Below, piece after piece: positions 60,309 through 64,000 of a stretch of DNA of 64,000 bases. The DNA comes from Limnohabitans sp. (lineage in GTDB: Bacteria > Pseudomonadota > Gammaproteobacteria > Burkholderiales > Burkholderiaceae_C), in NCBI GenBank assembly GCA_044233865.1, contig JBIIJK010000001.1, forward strand, positions 38,465-102,464. Direction: 5' to 3'. The position numbers and the translations under genes were made by a program. The notes under the pieces are model-generated. The model ran no database searches. It was not told the origin of the DNA and worked only from the letters and a program-made list of their open reading frames with translations. The first letter of the stretch is position 1. The number at the start of each line of letters is the position of its first letter.

Positions 60309-61418
60309 ATGATCGTACTGAAGGCCACCCAAGACAAATTGCTGTCTGTTTTGCAATCCGTTTCTGGCATCGTTGAACGTCGTCACACATTGCCTGTTTT
60401 GGCCAATGTGTTGATCCGCAAAACTGGTAAAGCACTGCAGTTGACCACCAGCGATCTTGAAATCCAAATTCGCACCACCGCCGAAATGGATGGCGATGCC
60501 GGCGACTTCACCACCACAGTGGGCGCGCGCAAACTGATCGACATTTTGCGCACCATGCCATCCGATCAAACCGTCAGTTTGGAGTCCAGCCAAAGCAAAT
60601 TGATTTTGAAGGGCGGCAAATCCAAATTCACCTTGCAGACTTTGCCCGCCGAAGATTTTCCTCTGGTGCAAGAAGCAGCCAGCTTTGGCCCCGTTTTTAG
60701 CGTGCCGCAAAAAACTTTGAAGCAGTTGCTCAGCCAGGTGTCATTTGCCATGGCCGTGCACGACATTCGTTACTACCTCAACGGCATTTTGTTTGTGGCC
60801 GAAGGCAAGCAGTTGTCTTTGGTGTCCACCGACGGTCACCGCTTGGCTTTTGCATCGGCCACCTTGGACACCGATGTGCCCAACAAACAAGAAGTTATTT
60901 TGCCGCGCAAAACCGTGCTCGAAATGCAGCGCTTGTTAAGCGACGCAGAAGGCGCCATCGACATGCAGTTTGCCAACAACCAAGCCAAGTTCAGTTTTGG
61001 TGGCATGGAGTTTGTGACCAAACTCGTTGAAGGCAAGTTCCCCGATTACAACCGCGTCATTCCCAAAGGCCACCGCAACAACCTCACGCTGGGCCGTCAA
61101 GCCTTGTTGTCTTGCTTGCAACGCACCGCCATTCTCACCAGCGACAAATTCAAAGGCGTTCGTTTGAATTTGGACCCCGGCACATTGCGTGTGGCATCCA
61201 CCAATGCCGAGCAAGAAGAAGCGGTTGACGAACTCGACATTGATTACGGTGGCGACAGCATAGAAATTGGCTTCAACGTCACCTACATCATCGATGTGCT
61301 GACCAACATGGGCCAAGACATGGTGCGCATTGATTTGGCCGATGCCAACAGCTCTGCACTCATCACCATCCCAGAAAACGACCAGTTCAAATATGTGGTG
61401 ATGCCCATGCGCATTTAA
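60309..61418 (+). CDS. dnaN: DNA polymerase III beta sliding clamp
   Basis: 369 aa. MIVLKATQDKLLSVLQSVSGIVERRHTLPVLANVLI..., ending ...YVVMPMRI. Confidence 0.97.
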   Translation: MIVLKATQDKLLSVLQSVSGIVERRHTLPVLANVLIRKTGKALQLTTSDLEIQIRTTAEMDGDAGDFTTTVGARKLIDILRTMPSDQTVSLESSQSKLILKGGKSKFTLQTLPAEDFPLVQEAASFGPVFSVPQKTLKQLLSQVSFAMAVHDIRYYLNGILFVAEGKQLSLVSTDGHRLAFASATLDTDVPNKQEVILPRKTVLEMQRLLSDAEGAIDMQFANNQAKFSFGGMEFVTKLVEGKFPDYNRVIPKGHRNNLTLGRQALLSCLQRTAILTSDKFKGVRLNLDPGTLRVASTNAEQEEAVDELDIDYGGDSIEIGFNVTYIIDVLTNMGQDMVRIDLADANSSALITIPENDQFKYVVMPMRI

Positions 61419-61440
61419 GGCTTGAACTGCTTGAAGGTGA

Positions 61441-64000
<2,560 letters not shown>

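Overview
This is a 64-kb chromosomal window from a moderately GC-rich (roughly mid-50s %) betaproteobacterium. The gene content looks like Burkholderiales/Comamonadaceae: a Bug/TctC receptor, short-form ArgC, MetX-MetW, and dnaA-dnaN-gyrB without recF. No database search was possible, so all calls rest on reading the ORF translations and DNA against recalled family motifs.

The window is densely packed and mostly housekeeping:
- purB, moaC, sucCD, argC, recX-recA, birA, topB, gapA-tkt, pepP and maeB.
- rsmA-surA-lptD, amgK, rsmE, metXW, amt, kdsD-kdsC-lptC and apt.
- The origin-proximal cluster mnmE-yidC-yidD-rnpA-rpmH | dnaA-dnaN-gyrB. rpmH is missing from the ORF track (below its length cutoff), and gyrB is missing because it runs off the 3' edge.
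- An L-threonate/erythronate catabolic cluster (ltnD-otnK-otnC-otnI).
- No rRNA, tRNA, CRISPR array, transposase or integrase was seen.

Loci worth a second look:
1. A divergent pair: a bacterial SET-domain methyltransferase with lysine-rich tails, and a topoisomerase III with a histone-H1-like Ala/Lys tract plus a C-terminal SWIB domain. The 102-bp gap between them is dominated by a 57-bp alternating purine-pyrimidine (CG/TG) tract with strong Z-DNA potential.
2. A low-GC islet at about 2.4-3.9 kb. It encodes a small Cys-rich protein whose motifs match the prokaryotic/fungal secreted phospholipase A2 family but which has no signal peptide. A signal-peptide protein follows it, making a candidate toxin/immunity pair.
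3. A secreted RNase Sa/barnase-type nuclease with an extended barstar-like partner.
4. An RRM protein with a long Gly/Arg/Tyr low-complexity tail.
5. A sigma54-type promoter and a structured leader upstream of amt.

Many long ORFs in the supplied track are antisense shadow ORFs of real genes and were rejected.
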